A DNA stretch of 64,000 nt from Candidatus Latescibacterota bacterium (GTDB taxonomy: Bacteria > Latescibacterota > UBA2968): contig OZ242320.1 of assembly GCA_965208125.1 (NCBI GenBank), positions 3,584,001 to 3,648,000 of the forward strand, in the 5' to 3' direction. Position numbers and translations under genes: made by a program. The notes below the pieces were generated by a model. The model was not told the DNA's origin and searched no databases. It saw only the letters and a list, made by a program, of their open reading frames with translations. The first letter of the stretch is position 1, and every line of letters begins with the position of its first letter. Of this stretch, positions 35,084 through 44,655 are shown piece by piece.

Positions 35084-38000
35084 ATGAATCTTTCCCACTT
35101 TTTCTTAAAAAACTCGGTGTGGACGCAGTCTGTTCATTTTCCCTTTGGAGGTGTTGTTTTTCAACAGGGGCAAGCGGGTGAGGCGTTTTATATTGTGGAG
35201 TCTGGACGGTTGCGGGTGATTAAGCAGGATGCGAATGGTACTTCGACAACTGTGGGATATTTGTATGCGGGCGATCATTTTGGTGAAGGGGCACTGTTGA
35301 CCAGGCAGGGGCATCGGGCAACGGTGCGAGCGGTTGAGGATGCGGAGGTGTTGCAGGTGCCCAAGGATGAGTTTTTTAAGGCTGTGAGAAAAAGTTCTGA
35401 TGTACGAGCCTACCTCGAAGAGCAGGTTGCCTGTATTGCATATCGGGATTTTACGCGATTTTTGAAAGGAGATGTTCCGGGCGAGGCGATGCGGGTGTTG
35501 TTCGCGCGGTTGAAGCGCGAGGCAGCTGAGGAGGGTGTGACCGTTGTTGAGCGAGGTCAGTTGGGTCAGCGATTTTATTTGCTTGGTAGCGGTCAGTTGG
35601 AGGCTGTGTTAGAAAATGGTGATACGGTGATTCTACGCCCGGGTGATTATTTTGGCGATGGTAGAGATGATGAAACGATCATTCGCAGTCGGCGTGATGG
35701 TGTACTCTTTTATATAGATAAAAGCAATTTTAATAAGCTAAAAGCTATGATGCCGGGATTCGAGGAGGCGTTGGATAAAGGCTGCATATTGCGTGGAGAA
35801 GAGGGATCAAGAGGGGAATTGCGACCTGTGCTTGAGCCGCCTGTTGTGCGATCTGTTACCCAAAAAGATACAGAGCCTAATACAGCATCCAATGTGGTTA
35901 ATATCAGAATAGACGGTGAAAAACCACAAGTACCTACATTGTTGCGTTTTCCGTTTTTGAAGCAACACGATCAATCAGATTGCGGCGCGGCGTGTTTAGG
36001 CATGATCTGTAAGTATTACAAGATGCCTATTGGATTAAACAGGTTGCGCGATATGTCCAATGTGTCGCGGTATGGCACGTCAATGGCGGCATTGGCCGAG
36101 GCTGCGGAGACACTGGGCTTTGTCACGCGCGGTGTGCGAACGGGTTATGAAGCTCTGATGCGAACAGAATTGCCAGCTATTCTCCACTGGGAAGGCAATC
36201 ATTTTGTGGTCCTGTATCAGATGAATAAAAAGGAAGTGAACATAGCGGATCCAGGTGTGGGTATTCGCAAGCTGTCGCGGGCAGAGTTTGAAAAGGGTTG
36301 GACAAACATGGCGCTTTTGTTGGAATACACGGATCAGGTGGCAGAGAATGAACCCTCTCGGTCTTCTTTTAAGCGGTTTTTTCCATTAATCAGACCCTAT
36401 ACAAGCATTTTGATTGAGGTATTGTTGGCGTCTTTGGTACTCAGTTTGTTTGGTCTGGCATCACCCATTTTTATGCAGACGATTGTCGATCAGGTCTTAG
36501 TGCATCACGATGAGGATTTATTGAATTTGATGCTGGTGGGTATGGTCGTTGTCGCATTGTTCCAGATGGGTACATCGACGTTGCGTGTCTATTTAATCGG
36601 GTATGTGAGTGCGCGATTGAGCATTGCGATGTTGTCGCGTTTTTATCGGCATTTATTGGCACTATCCATGCGGTTTTTTGCCCTCAGGCGCACGGGCGAT
36701 TTGACCACGCGGTTTCGGGAGAATGCAACGATTCAGCGTTTGTTGACGGATACGACGGTTTCTGCGGTTCTGGATTTTATCATGCTTTTTGTCTATCTGG
36801 GTCTGATGTTTTATTACAATGCGGAACTGACGCTGGTCATGTTGATTTTTGTGCCGCTATCTGTGGGTCTCACGCTGATTTACACACCCATTTTGAAGTC
36901 TTTTAGCCAGCGTGCTTTTCTGGCGCGTGCCGAACAATCCTCGGTTTTAATTGATGCGCTGCACGGTATTGATGTGGTTAAAGCCGAGGCGGTGGAGCGC
37001 GCGACACGGTGGCATTGGGAAGGTAAGTTCACAAGGGAAATTCAGATTGGCTTTCAACGGTTAAAAATGCAGATGTTGTTTGGGGGGATGGGAAGGGTAA
37101 TTAATTTGCTGAGCAGTACGGTGATTTTGTGGTATGGTGCCTCATTAGTGATTGCGGGGGACCTGTCGGTTGGGCAGTTGATGGCGTTTAATGCGCTGAT
37201 TGGCAATGTGATGGGTCCCATTATGGGCTTGATCGGAATATGGCCTCAGGTGCAAGAAGCGCGTATTGCCCTGGATCGGCTGAATGATGTGTATGACACG
37301 CAGATGGAAGATGCGCGGCAGCAAGGTCAGGGTTTGATCTTAAAGCATTTGGTAGGGCGCGTGGTTTTTGATGCGGTGTTTTTTAGATATGGTGTTGGTT
37401 CTGATGAACCTTATGTGTTGAATAATATAGACCTGACGCTTGAGCCAGGTCAAAAGGTTGCAGTTGTGGGACGCAGTGGTGCGGGTAAGACGACGTTGGT
37501 CAAGCTGTTGCCCCGTTTGTTTGATCCGTCAGAAGGTCGGGTGATGATAGATGGTATGGATGTGCGAGATCTGGATCCCCATTGGTTACGGCGACAGGTG
37601 GGTATGGTGATGCAGGAGCCGTTTTTGTTTTCTGGCACGATTGCAGAAAATATCGCTATAGGTCAGTCAGATGCGGATATGGATCGCATTTTGGAAGTGG
37701 CGAAACTATCGTGTGTCCACGATTTCGTAAGTGATATGCCTTTGGGGTATGAGACAAAGGTGGGTGAGCAGGGCGTGGGGCTGTCTGGCGGACAGCGACA
37801 GCGGATTGCCATTGCCCGAGCACTTTACCATGATCCGAAAATTTTGATTTTTGACGAGGCGACCAATGCGTTGGATACAGATTCAGAACAGGCGATACAG
37901 GCGAATTTAGATCTGTTTTTGGATGATCGCACGGCGTTGATTATCGCGCATCGGTTGAGTACGGTGCGCGATGCGGATGCGATTGTGGTCTTAGATAAGG

Positions 38001-38092
38001 GTCATATTGTAGAGATGGGCACGCACGATGAGTTGATGGTGCAACAGGGTTTGTATTATCACATGTGTAGTCAACAGTTGCAGGTGGTGTGA
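35084..38092 (+). CDS. Peptidase-containing ABC transporter (cNMP-binding domains + C39 peptidase + ABC TMD/NBD)
   Basis: Two cNMP-like domains (FYIVESG...GDHFGE; FYLLGSG...GDYFG); C39 Q.....DCGAACL, HFVV, IADP; GRSGAGKTT, LSGGQRQR, DEAT, IAHRL. Confidence 0.93.
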   Translation: MNLSHFFLKNSVWTQSVHFPFGGVVFQQGQAGEAFYIVESGRLRVIKQDANGTSTTVGYLYAGDHFGEGALLTRQGHRATVRAVEDAEVLQVPKDEFFKAVRKSSDVRAYLEEQVACIAYRDFTRFLKGDVPGEAMRVLFARLKREAAEEGVTVVERGQLGQRFYLLGSGQLEAVLENGDTVILRPGDYFGDGRDDETIIRSRRDGVLFYIDKSNFNKLKAMMPGFEEALDKGCILRGEEGSRGELRPVLEPPVVRSVTQKDTEPNTASNVVNIRIDGEKPQVPTLLRFPFLKQHDQSDCGAACLGMICKYYKMPIGLNRLRDMSNVSRYGTSMAALAEAAETLGFVTRGVRTGYEALMRTELPAILHWEGNHFVVLYQMNKKEVNIADPGVGIRKLSRAEFEKGWTNMALLLEYTDQVAENEPSRSSFKRFFPLIRPYTSILIEVLLASLVLSLFGLASPIFMQTIVDQVLVHHDEDLLNLMLVGMVVVALFQMGTSTLRVYLIGYVSARLSIAMLSRFYRHLLALSMRFFALRRTGDLTTRFRENATIQRLLTDTTVSAVLDFIMLFVYLGLMFYYNAELTLVMLIFVPLSVGLTLIYTPILKSFSQRAFLARAEQSSVLIDALHGIDVVKAEAVERATRWHWEGKFTREIQIGFQRLKMQMLFGGMGRVINLLSSTVILWYGASLVIAGDLSVGQLMAFNALIGNVMGPIMGLIGIWPQVQEARIALDRLNDVYDTQMEDARQQGQGLILKHLVGRVVFDAVFFRYGVGSDEPYVLNNIDLTLEPGQKVAVVGRSGAGKTTLVKLLPRLFDPSEGRVMIDGMDVRDLDPHWLRRQVGMVMQEPFLFSGTIAENIAIGQSDADMDRILEVAKLSCVHDFVSDMPLGYETKVGEQGVGLSGGQRQRIAIARALYHDPKILIFDEATNALDTDSEQAIQANLDLFLDDRTALIIAHRLSTVRDADAIVVLDKGHIVEMGTHDELMVQQGLYYHMCSQQLQVV

Positions 38093-39475
38093 ATGGCAGA
38101 ATCGCTTTTAGAGACACCAGCAGAGACAATGTCTCCAGGTATAATCCAGGGACAAGATGACGCGGCAGAAGAGGTGCATGCGTTTATGGGATCCTTGCGG
38201 CCCTTTTGGGGTCGTGCATTGCTCTATATTGTCCTGCTATTTGTAATTATTGCCATTATCTGGGCATGGTGGGGCAAGGTGGATGTGGTGGCATCAGCGC
38301 CTTTTCGGCTGGTGCCCCTCGGACAGGTGAAGACGATGCAGGCGCGGCGAGGTGGTGAGATTGAGTTGATTGGTGTGAAAGAGGGAGATCAAGTCGAGAA
38401 AGGGCAGGTATTGTTCAAGCTCAAATCGTGGGAGACCTGGGGAGAGTTGCGGGAATGGGAACAGGCAAAGATGGCTTTTCAAAAGGCAGAGTATGATCTC
38501 AAGACGGTGTTGTCTCAAAGGGCGAGGTTAAATCGAGAGACGATAGAGGCATTGGAGCAACGTCTTTCTGTTTTGCAGCAGTTTATGGAGGCACATCAGG
38601 ATGCGTTGGAAGATTATCAAAGCGATGTGGCCGGTGTTGAGGGATCGAAAAGCAAAGTATCTGACGTGGGGTTGCAAGCGCAGATCGGGTTTCGTCAGGC
38701 TGAAATTGATCATTTGAAGGGGGAGTTTTTGCAGCAAAAGACGCTGTTTGAGCGCGAGTTGATCAGCCGGGCGGATATGAATCGCGCGCGCGTGCAGTAT
38801 TTAAGTGCTCTGTCTGCGCTTCCCTCGCGTATGTCGGAGATATACAAGAATGAAATGGCTGTACAGGATCTCAAGCGTCAAATCACAGAGGCGCGCATTG
38901 CACATGGTCGCGAGACTTCGCAGATGCAATACGCTTATGAGACTGCACAATTGCGATTGGAACAGGCGCGCAAACGCATTGATCGGACCCTCGAAGCCGA
39001 GTCGGATTTGATTCTGGCACCTGAGTCGGGCGTTGTAACACAGGTGATAGTGAATGCGATTGGACAGGTGATCAACAAGGGGCAGGCTCTCATTGCACTG
39101 GCACCTGCTTCAGCACCGATGGTTGCAGAGGTGAGGGTTTTAAATAAAGATGTGGGCTTGCTCAAACTCGGGCAATTGGTCAAGCTGAAATACGATGCGT
39201 ATGCCTTTCAGGATTTTGGTATCAAACGCGGGTGGCTTACATCCATCTCGCCCGATGCGGTGATCGATGAACGTATTGGACCGATATTTAAGTGCGTTGT
39301 TGAATTGGAAGAAAATACCATGCGCGTGAAAGGATATGACAAACCTCTGATGTTTGGTATGAAGGGCACGGCGGAGATGATGACAGATCGGCAATCGGTT
39401 TTGCTGATATTACTTTCTCCTTTGCGACAGCTTTACGAGTCGGCGAGGTACGATGTTGAGGAGGGTGCGTTGTGA
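38093..39475 (+). CDS. HlyD family membrane fusion protein
   Basis: N-terminal TM, VKEGD.V.KGQ.L, long coiled coil, AP.SG, DA..FQ.FG, GM.G.A. Confidence 0.9.
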   Translation: MAESLLETPAETMSPGIIQGQDDAAEEVHAFMGSLRPFWGRALLYIVLLFVIIAIIWAWWGKVDVVASAPFRLVPLGQVKTMQARRGGEIELIGVKEGDQVEKGQVLFKLKSWETWGELREWEQAKMAFQKAEYDLKTVLSQRARLNRETIEALEQRLSVLQQFMEAHQDALEDYQSDVAGVEGSKSKVSDVGLQAQIGFRQAEIDHLKGEFLQQKTLFERELISRADMNRARVQYLSALSALPSRMSEIYKNEMAVQDLKRQITEARIAHGRETSQMQYAYETAQLRLEQARKRIDRTLEAESDLILAPESGVVTQVIVNAIGQVINKGQALIALAPASAPMVAEVRVLNKDVGLLKLGQLVKLKYDAYAFQDFGIKRGWLTSISPDAVIDERIGPIFKCVVELEENTMRVKGYDKPLMFGMKGTAEMMTDRQSVLLILLSPLRQLYESARYDVEEGAL

Positions 39476-40251
39476 TGGTGGAGGATGCTATGTTGATTCA
39501 GGTCAATAGTATCGCAGTATCATTGCACCATATTGTGCGACAATTAGGAGTTGCCGATAATCTACGTTTTTTTGATGAATTTGCGCGTAGAGAATTGATC
39601 CGGCAACTCGCGCTACGTGAGGGTGTTTGTGCAGCGCGTGAAGATATTCAGCGTAAGGTGAATGAATGGCGGTATCAACATCGCCTCGAACGGGTGGAAG
39701 ATACAGAGGCTTATCTTGCAAAGCGGGGTATTACGCTTCAGGATGTGGCAGAAGATGCCGAGGTGAGGCGGCTGGAGTTTTTGCTGTCTGAGAAGATTGC
39801 CGAGGGACAGGTCGAACCCTATTTTGCACAACACACATTGGAATTTGATGAGGCGGAGATTTGCTGGATTTTTCACACGGATGAGGGTGTGATCGACGAG
39901 GTTGATTTGCAGATACGAGAAGATGGTGCAGATTTTTACGCGATGGCGCGTCGGTTTTCTCAAGATGCACACACGCGGCCAGGTAGTGGCTTTTTGGGTC
40001 GTGTGAGGCGCAAGCAGTTGCCAAAGGGGATTGCTGCACGCGTGTTTGCCGCTTCACCGGGTGAAATTTTGGGTCCAGAAAAAGTATCGAAAGGCTTTGC
40101 GCTGTATTTGTTGCAGGAACGCTATCCGGCAATGCTGGACGAGCGGATTAAAAAAGAAATTCGCAAGCACCTGTTTAATCAGTGGTTGCAACGAGAGATG
40201 CAGCGGGCAGATATACGATATCCGATTTGGCAGGCGAAAGTCTCTAAATAG
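39472..40251 (+). CDS. Parvulin/PpiC-type peptidylprolyl isomerase-like protein
   Basis: F..MAR.FS.D......G.LG, VFAA.PGE..GP; same layout as PPIases of C39-ABC/HlyD loci. Confidence 0.8.
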   Translation: MMVEDAMLIQVNSIAVSLHHIVRQLGVADNLRFFDEFARRELIRQLALREGVCAAREDIQRKVNEWRYQHRLERVEDTEAYLAKRGITLQDVAEDAEVRRLEFLLSEKIAEGQVEPYFAQHTLEFDEAEICWIFHTDEGVIDEVDLQIREDGADFYAMARRFSQDAHTRPGSGFLGRVRRKQLPKGIAARVFAASPGEILGPEKVSKGFALYLLQERYPAMLDERIKKEIRKHLFNQWLQREMQRADIRYPIWQAKVSK

Positions 40252-40264
40252 AAGGAGAATATGG

Positions 40265-41344
40265 GTGAAAATTATTCTTGTTGCGGGTGCGCGGCCCAAT
40301 TTTATGAAAGTTGCCCCGCTGTGGAATAGACTGATCAAGATGCCCGATGTGTTTGATCCGATTTTGGTGCATACGGGACAACACTATGACGATTTTATGT
40401 CCGAGATTTTTTTTCGAGACTTAAATCTTCCCAGGCCACATTATGAATTAAATGTGGGGTCGGGCAGTCACGCGTACCAGACAGCGCAGATCATGATGGG
40501 ATTTGAGGATGTTTTACTTCAAGAAAGGCCGGATTGGGTTCTTGTCGTTGGCGATGTAAATTCCACTCTGGCATGTGCGATGGATGCAGCAAAATTGCAA
40601 ATCCCCGTTGGACACATAGAGGCAGGGTTGAGAAGCAGGGATAGGTCAATGCCCGAAGAGATCAATCGGCTCGTTGTGGATGCCATATCCGATCTTTTGT
40701 TTGCACCTTCGATGCAGGCGTGTGAAAATCTGAGGCGCGAAGGCATAGAAGAGAGCCGCATTCATTTTGTGGGCAATGTGATGATAGATTCCCTTGTGTT
40801 GCTATCTCCCAAAGCCGATGAATCCCGCATTCTGGATATACACGGTTTATCAGTTCAAGAGTACGTTTTTCTGACTCTCCATCGAGCCTCAAATGTCGAT
40901 TGCCCAGATACGTTGGCTGGCATTGTATCCGCGTTGCAAACCTTCAAATGTCCAATCGCCTGGCCTTTACATCCGAGAACCCGCAATCGCCTATCCCAAT
41001 TTGGTTTTTTGCAAAGGCTTGAGATGATGGACAATATCAAACTTATGGATCCGGTGGGCTATCTCGATTCTTTAAAACTTCAGAAGAATGCAAAATGTGT
41101 GATGACAGATTCTGGAGGATTGCAAGAAGAGACGACGGCTTTGGGTGTGCCGTGTTTGACGCTTAGAGAGCATACAGAACGCCCAGAGACTATAGATATT
41201 GGGACGAATACACTTGTGGGTGTTTGTCCCGAACGCATTGTTGCAGAGGCTGAATCTGTTTTGAAAGGGCACTATAAATCCGGTCGCTTGCCCGAGTTGT
41301 GGGATGGCAATACCGCAGAGCGAATTGTTGCTTTGCTTTGTTGA
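40265..41344 (+). CDS. wecB: UDP-N-acetylglucosamine 2-epimerase (non-hydrolysing)
   Basis: GARPNFMK, HTGQHYD, H.EAGLRS, PEEINR, TLHR..N, TDSGGLQEE, TERPE; GTG start after GAAGGAG. Confidence 0.92.
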   Translation: MKIILVAGARPNFMKVAPLWNRLIKMPDVFDPILVHTGQHYDDFMSEIFFRDLNLPRPHYELNVGSGSHAYQTAQIMMGFEDVLLQERPDWVLVVGDVNSTLACAMDAAKLQIPVGHIEAGLRSRDRSMPEEINRLVVDAISDLLFAPSMQACENLRREGIEESRIHFVGNVMIDSLVLLSPKADESRILDIHGLSVQEYVFLTLHRASNVDCPDTLAGIVSALQTFKCPIAWPLHPRTRNRLSQFGFLQRLEMMDNIKLMDPVGYLDSLKLQKNAKCVMTDSGGLQEETTALGVPCLTLREHTERPETIDIGTNTLVGVCPERIVAEAESVLKGHYKSGRLPELWDGNTAERIVALLC

Positions 41345-41440
41345 CGTATGGCGTACGCCAAGTTCTCAATTGTGTCAGAAATGTAATTTCTCTATAATTG
41401 TATGAAGAGGAAGTATATTAAAAAAAGAGGCTGTAACAGG

Positions 41441-41854
41441 ATGGCAGAAAAAACAGACGAAGAAAGGGTGTCTATTTGGAGCACAGGAGATAAAGAAAGA
41501 ATATGGTTTATATCCTTAGCCTCGGCATTCTTTTATACTTCACTTATACTGATTCTTTGGCACAAAATTATTGAAGTTGATTACAATGCGATTGTTGAAG
41601 TAATCAATGTCATAGGATCTGCAAGTCTTGCTGCCATAGCATTAGCATTCTTCATTATAGAGGGGGTAAATCTTATGATTATTCCAGTTGAAAAATATCG
41701 CCAAAAACAACGACAGAAAGGTCGACAGGAGGGTCGGCGAGAAGAGCGGCAAAAGATTTTTAAAGCAATAGAGTTGGCCTGTCCGGAGGTTGATATAGAG
41801 GCCATCCGTGCTGCATTAGAAGACCAGAATAGGAGTGCAGAAAACAGTAAATGA
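41441..41854 (+). CDS. Hypothetical membrane protein with GRQEGRREER-type tail
   Basis: Two TM segments followed by a charged EGR.E stretch. Confidence 0.7.
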   Translation: MAEKTDEERVSIWSTGDKERIWFISLASAFFYTSLILILWHKIIEVDYNAIVEVINVIGSASLAAIALAFFIIEGVNLMIIPVEKYRQKQRQKGRQEGRREERQKIFKAIELACPEVDIEAIRAALEDQNRSAENSK

Positions 41855-41886
41855 TTGCGCCAGAAGACGAAAGATATCTGTAAAAT

Positions 41887-41925
41887 AAAATAGCCCGTGT
41901 TAAATACATCAACGCGGGCTATTTT
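41887..41925. terminator. Bidirectional intrinsic terminator
   Basis: AAAATAGCCCGTGTT...AACGCGGGCTATTTT between convergent genes. Confidence 0.75.
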
Positions 41926-41967
41926 GTTTGATATTTTACCATTAACGGGATAAGCACATGGGGCATG

Positions 41968-42819
41968 TCAAGGCATCACAGCTTCTTTCCCCTGATATTC
42001 TCGGATCCAGCCTTTTAATGGCACGTCCTCTTCTGTTGGGGATGTGTAGCCGTGAATGCCCGATGGAGAATGCCGGCACATTTGCTTTCGGATTGGACTT
42101 AGTTCATCCCAGAAATTTTCCACATTGCATTCGCCGCGGGCTTGAAGCCAGCGATAAGCGTAGCCGTAGAAGAGCACCTTGCGGGGTTGTGTCCAGTAAT
42201 TTGCACTTGCCGAATGCCACAATCGACGGTCAAAAATAACGGCTGTACCCCGGGGGGCGAGGATGGGTACGGCGCGTTTTACCATCTGATTGCGATTTCC
42301 GTTCGGCCAATTCATTTTATTTTTTAACTGGCTTCCCGGAATGACGTGAAAATTGCCGCGTCCCGGTTCACTTGTATCCGATAGGAAGTAGGCCACTTTG
42401 ACCGATAAGCGAGGCCTCGGGTTTGTCTCCATCTCTTGATTCACGCGCCCGGTATCTTGATGCCAGCCGATCCCCAAACCGCGTTTGCTATCTGGTGGTT
42501 CGGGAGGTGTCACGTTCAGGTGTGCCAGATAGATTTGAATATTCCATCCCAAAATTCCCCAAACTTTTGGGAATGTGGTGTAGTGATCTATCAGGTCAAT
42601 AAACACTTGATCCCGCCCCAGAAAGTCGCGTTCGTGAACACGCTTATGGGGTTCGATTTTTTGCTTTTCGCGTTCTTCGGCATTGACGCGATCAACTGCT
42701 TTGGTCAGTTGTCTTCTCTTGGCGTCGCTCAGCGCGTTTTCAATGATGAGATAACCCCGATCGTCAAATTCGAGCCGTTCGTCTTCTGTCAGGCAATGGT
42801 GTAGCCAGCGTCTGTTCAT
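41968..42819 (-). CDS. Phytanoyl-CoA dioxygenase (PhyH) family protein
   Basis: F...GYL.I.NAL, WHQD, .IPGS, G.A..FD.RLWH, R. Confidence 0.85.
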   Translation of the reverse strand: MNRRWLHHCLTEDERLEFDDRGYLIIENALSDAKRRQLTKAVDRVNAEEREKQKIEPHKRVHERDFLGRDQVFIDLIDHYTTFPKVWGILGWNIQIYLAHLNVTPPEPPDSKRGLGIGWHQDTGRVNQEMETNPRPRLSVKVAYFLSDTSEPGRGNFHVIPGSQLKNKMNWPNGNRNQMVKRAVPILAPRGTAVIFDRRLWHSASANYWTQPRKVLFYGYAYRWLQARGECNVENFWDELSPIRKQMCRHSPSGIHGYTSPTEEDVPLKGWIREYQGKEAVMP

Positions 42820-42832
42820 AGCGTATCTCCTT

Positions 42833-43300
42833 TCAAGAAAAGAGGTTGGCCTTCCTTTTTTTTCGATCCAGAATATAAAATTTGATAAGCCCTATCCCGC
42901 CGATCAGACCACAGGGGATTACAATGAAGCGGTACATTGATACTTCATCATATCGAAGCGATGCACCGGTCGCGCCCATTGTCGCTACGACAAATGACAG
43001 GTGAATGAGTTTTTGAGATAGGTTTTTATTTACAAAGGTTGAGATCAGAATCAACGCGAGTGCGGTGTGGAAAATGACAAATCCCGCATAACCGTTTCGC
43101 ACGGCGAGATCGAATTGCCAATCATAGCGATAAATCCATACCATGAGCACATGTACCAGAATGATGAGTGCTATAGCGCGCCACAGCGTGGTCGGATGTT
43201 GTCCTCGCAGGGTGAGTACGACCACAGTGGTTAAGCCCACATATCCTGTGATAGCCAATAAAAAAGTGATGAAAATTTCCGTTGTTCCTGTCCCTACCAT
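42833..43300 (-). CDS. Hypothetical membrane protein
   Basis: Four to five hydrophobic segments; start uncertain. Confidence 0.65.
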   Translation of the reverse strand: MVGTGTTEIFITFLLAITGYVGLTTVVVLTLRGQHPTTLWRAIALIILVHVLMVWIYRYDWQFDLAVRNGYAGFVIFHTALALILISTFVNKNLSQKLIHLSFVVATMGATGASLRYDEVSMYRFIVIPCGLIGGIGLIKFYILDRKKRKANLFS

Positions 43301-43410
43301 CAAACGATTCTCCCATCCCATAGCTCTGTGTCGCGTTTGATATGCAATATATGGCATGATATTCTGAGGACAAGAGCGTTTCACAGGGCAAGCCGAGGAG
43401 TATAATACAA

Positions 43411-43441
43411 AACGGGTTATGACGTATTGTCATAACCCGTT
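43411..43441 (-). terminator. Terminator downstream of tRNA-Thr
   Basis: AACGGGTTATGAC-GTATT-GTCATAACCCGTT, 13-bp stem. Confidence 0.75.
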
Positions 43442-43449
43442 GTTTTTTG

Positions 43450-43525
43450 TGGAGCCGCCCAGCGGACTCGAACCGCTGACCGCCTGATTACAAATCAGGT
43501 GCTCTACCAGCTGAGCTAGGGCGGC
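43450..43525 (-). tRNA. tRNA-Thr(TGT)
   Basis: GCCGCCCTAGCTCAGCTGGTAGAGCACCTGATTTGTAATCAGGCGGTCAGCGGTTCGAGTCCGCTGGGCGGCTCCA: cloverleaf, anticodon TGT, encoded CCA. Confidence 0.97.
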
Positions 43526-43572
43526 TGGTCGTCAAAGATATACAAGCGGACTATTTTTGGCAACTCTTACCT

Positions 43573-44655
43573 TTAAAAAAAAGAGGTTTTGTGTTTTTGT
43601 TCGCGTTCGTAGCGTTCAATGCCCAGTTGGATGAGGCGATCAATCAATTCCGAATAAGAAATGCCACTGGCTTCCCACAGCTTGGGATACATGCTGATCC
43701 GCGTAAAGCCCGGAATGGTATTGATTTCGTTTACCACAAAGGTGCCATCGTTTTTTAAAAAGAAATCCGCGCGTGCCATGCCCTCACAGCACAGGACTTG
43801 AAATGTGCGAATGGCAAGGGCCTGTACTCGTTTTACCGCTTCTTCGGATAAATTAGCGGGGATGTGCAATACGGCGCCTTTTTCATCCAGATATTTTGCT
43901 TCGTAAGAATAAAACTCGTGCTGAGGCAAGATTTCGCCAGGGATTGAGACAATGGGCGTTTCGTTGCCCAATACCGAACATTCGATTTCTCGACCCTCGA
44001 CAAAAGCCTCAATCAGTACCTTCTTGTCGTATCGAAATGCTTCTTTTAACGCGGGGATTAGCGCGCTTTTGTCGTGTACTTTACTCACGCCGACTGATGA
44101 GCCTAAATTTGCCGGCTTTACAAATAGGGGTAAACCAAGTTCTGAAATGATATCACTTACATCCAGATTGTCCAATTGGAATTGAAGTACTGTTCGCCAC
44201 GCGGCAACGGGAATACTGGCATCGCGCAACAAGCGTTTCATGACGTCCTTGTCCATTCCCACAGCTGAGCCGAGTACATCGGCACCTACATAGGGGACAT
44301 CGGCCAATCTCAAAAATCCCTGTACTGTGCCGTCTTCTCCCAGTGGCCCGTGCAAGACGGGAAAAACCACATCGACCGAGTCGGATGCAGACTTCCCTAC
44401 GAGTTCACCGCGCCCTTCTGGCATCAATGTAATCAGCGCGTTTTGATCTGCGCCAGAGAGGCCCTCTGTATTGGCTTCTGGCAATAGTTGTTCGGCCTCG
44501 TTTAAGAACCATTGACCCGATTTGTCGATTCCTATTGGCACGACTTCGTATTTGGTTTTGTCAATGGCGTCAATGATGTTGCGCGCAGATTGCAGTGATA
44601 CTTCGTGCTCTGCTGATTTCCCGCCAAATAATATTCCCACGCGGATCTTTTTCAT
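43573..44655 (-). CDS. ddl: D-alanine--D-alanine ligase
   Basis: GGKSAEHEVSL, LHGP.GEDG..QG, KPANLGSSVG, GREIEC, NEINTIPGFT..SMYP. Confidence 0.95.
   Translation of the reverse strand: MKKIRVGILFGGKSAEHEVSLQSARNIIDAIDKTKYEVVPIGIDKSGQWFLNEAEQLLPEANTEGLSGADQNALITLMPEGRGELVGKSASDSVDVVFPVLHGPLGEDGTVQGFLRLADVPYVGADVLGSAVGMDKDVMKRLLRDASIPVAAWRTVLQFQLDNLDVSDIISELGLPLFVKPANLGSSVGVSKVHDKSALIPALKEAFRYDKKVLIEAFVEGREIECSVLGNETPIVSIPGEILPQHEFYSYEAKYLDEKGAVLHIPANLSEEAVKRVQALAIRTFQVLCCEGMARADFFLKNDGTFVVNEINTIPGFTRISMYPKLWEASGISYSELIDRLIQLGIERYEREQKHKTSFF

Noticed and set aside
40031-40264. N-terminal extensions in the ORF track (wecB; also 13764, 20159, 47988, 49701)
   Set aside because: Several overlap neighbouring genes or the IS end; downstream starts with SD sequences match the family N-termini
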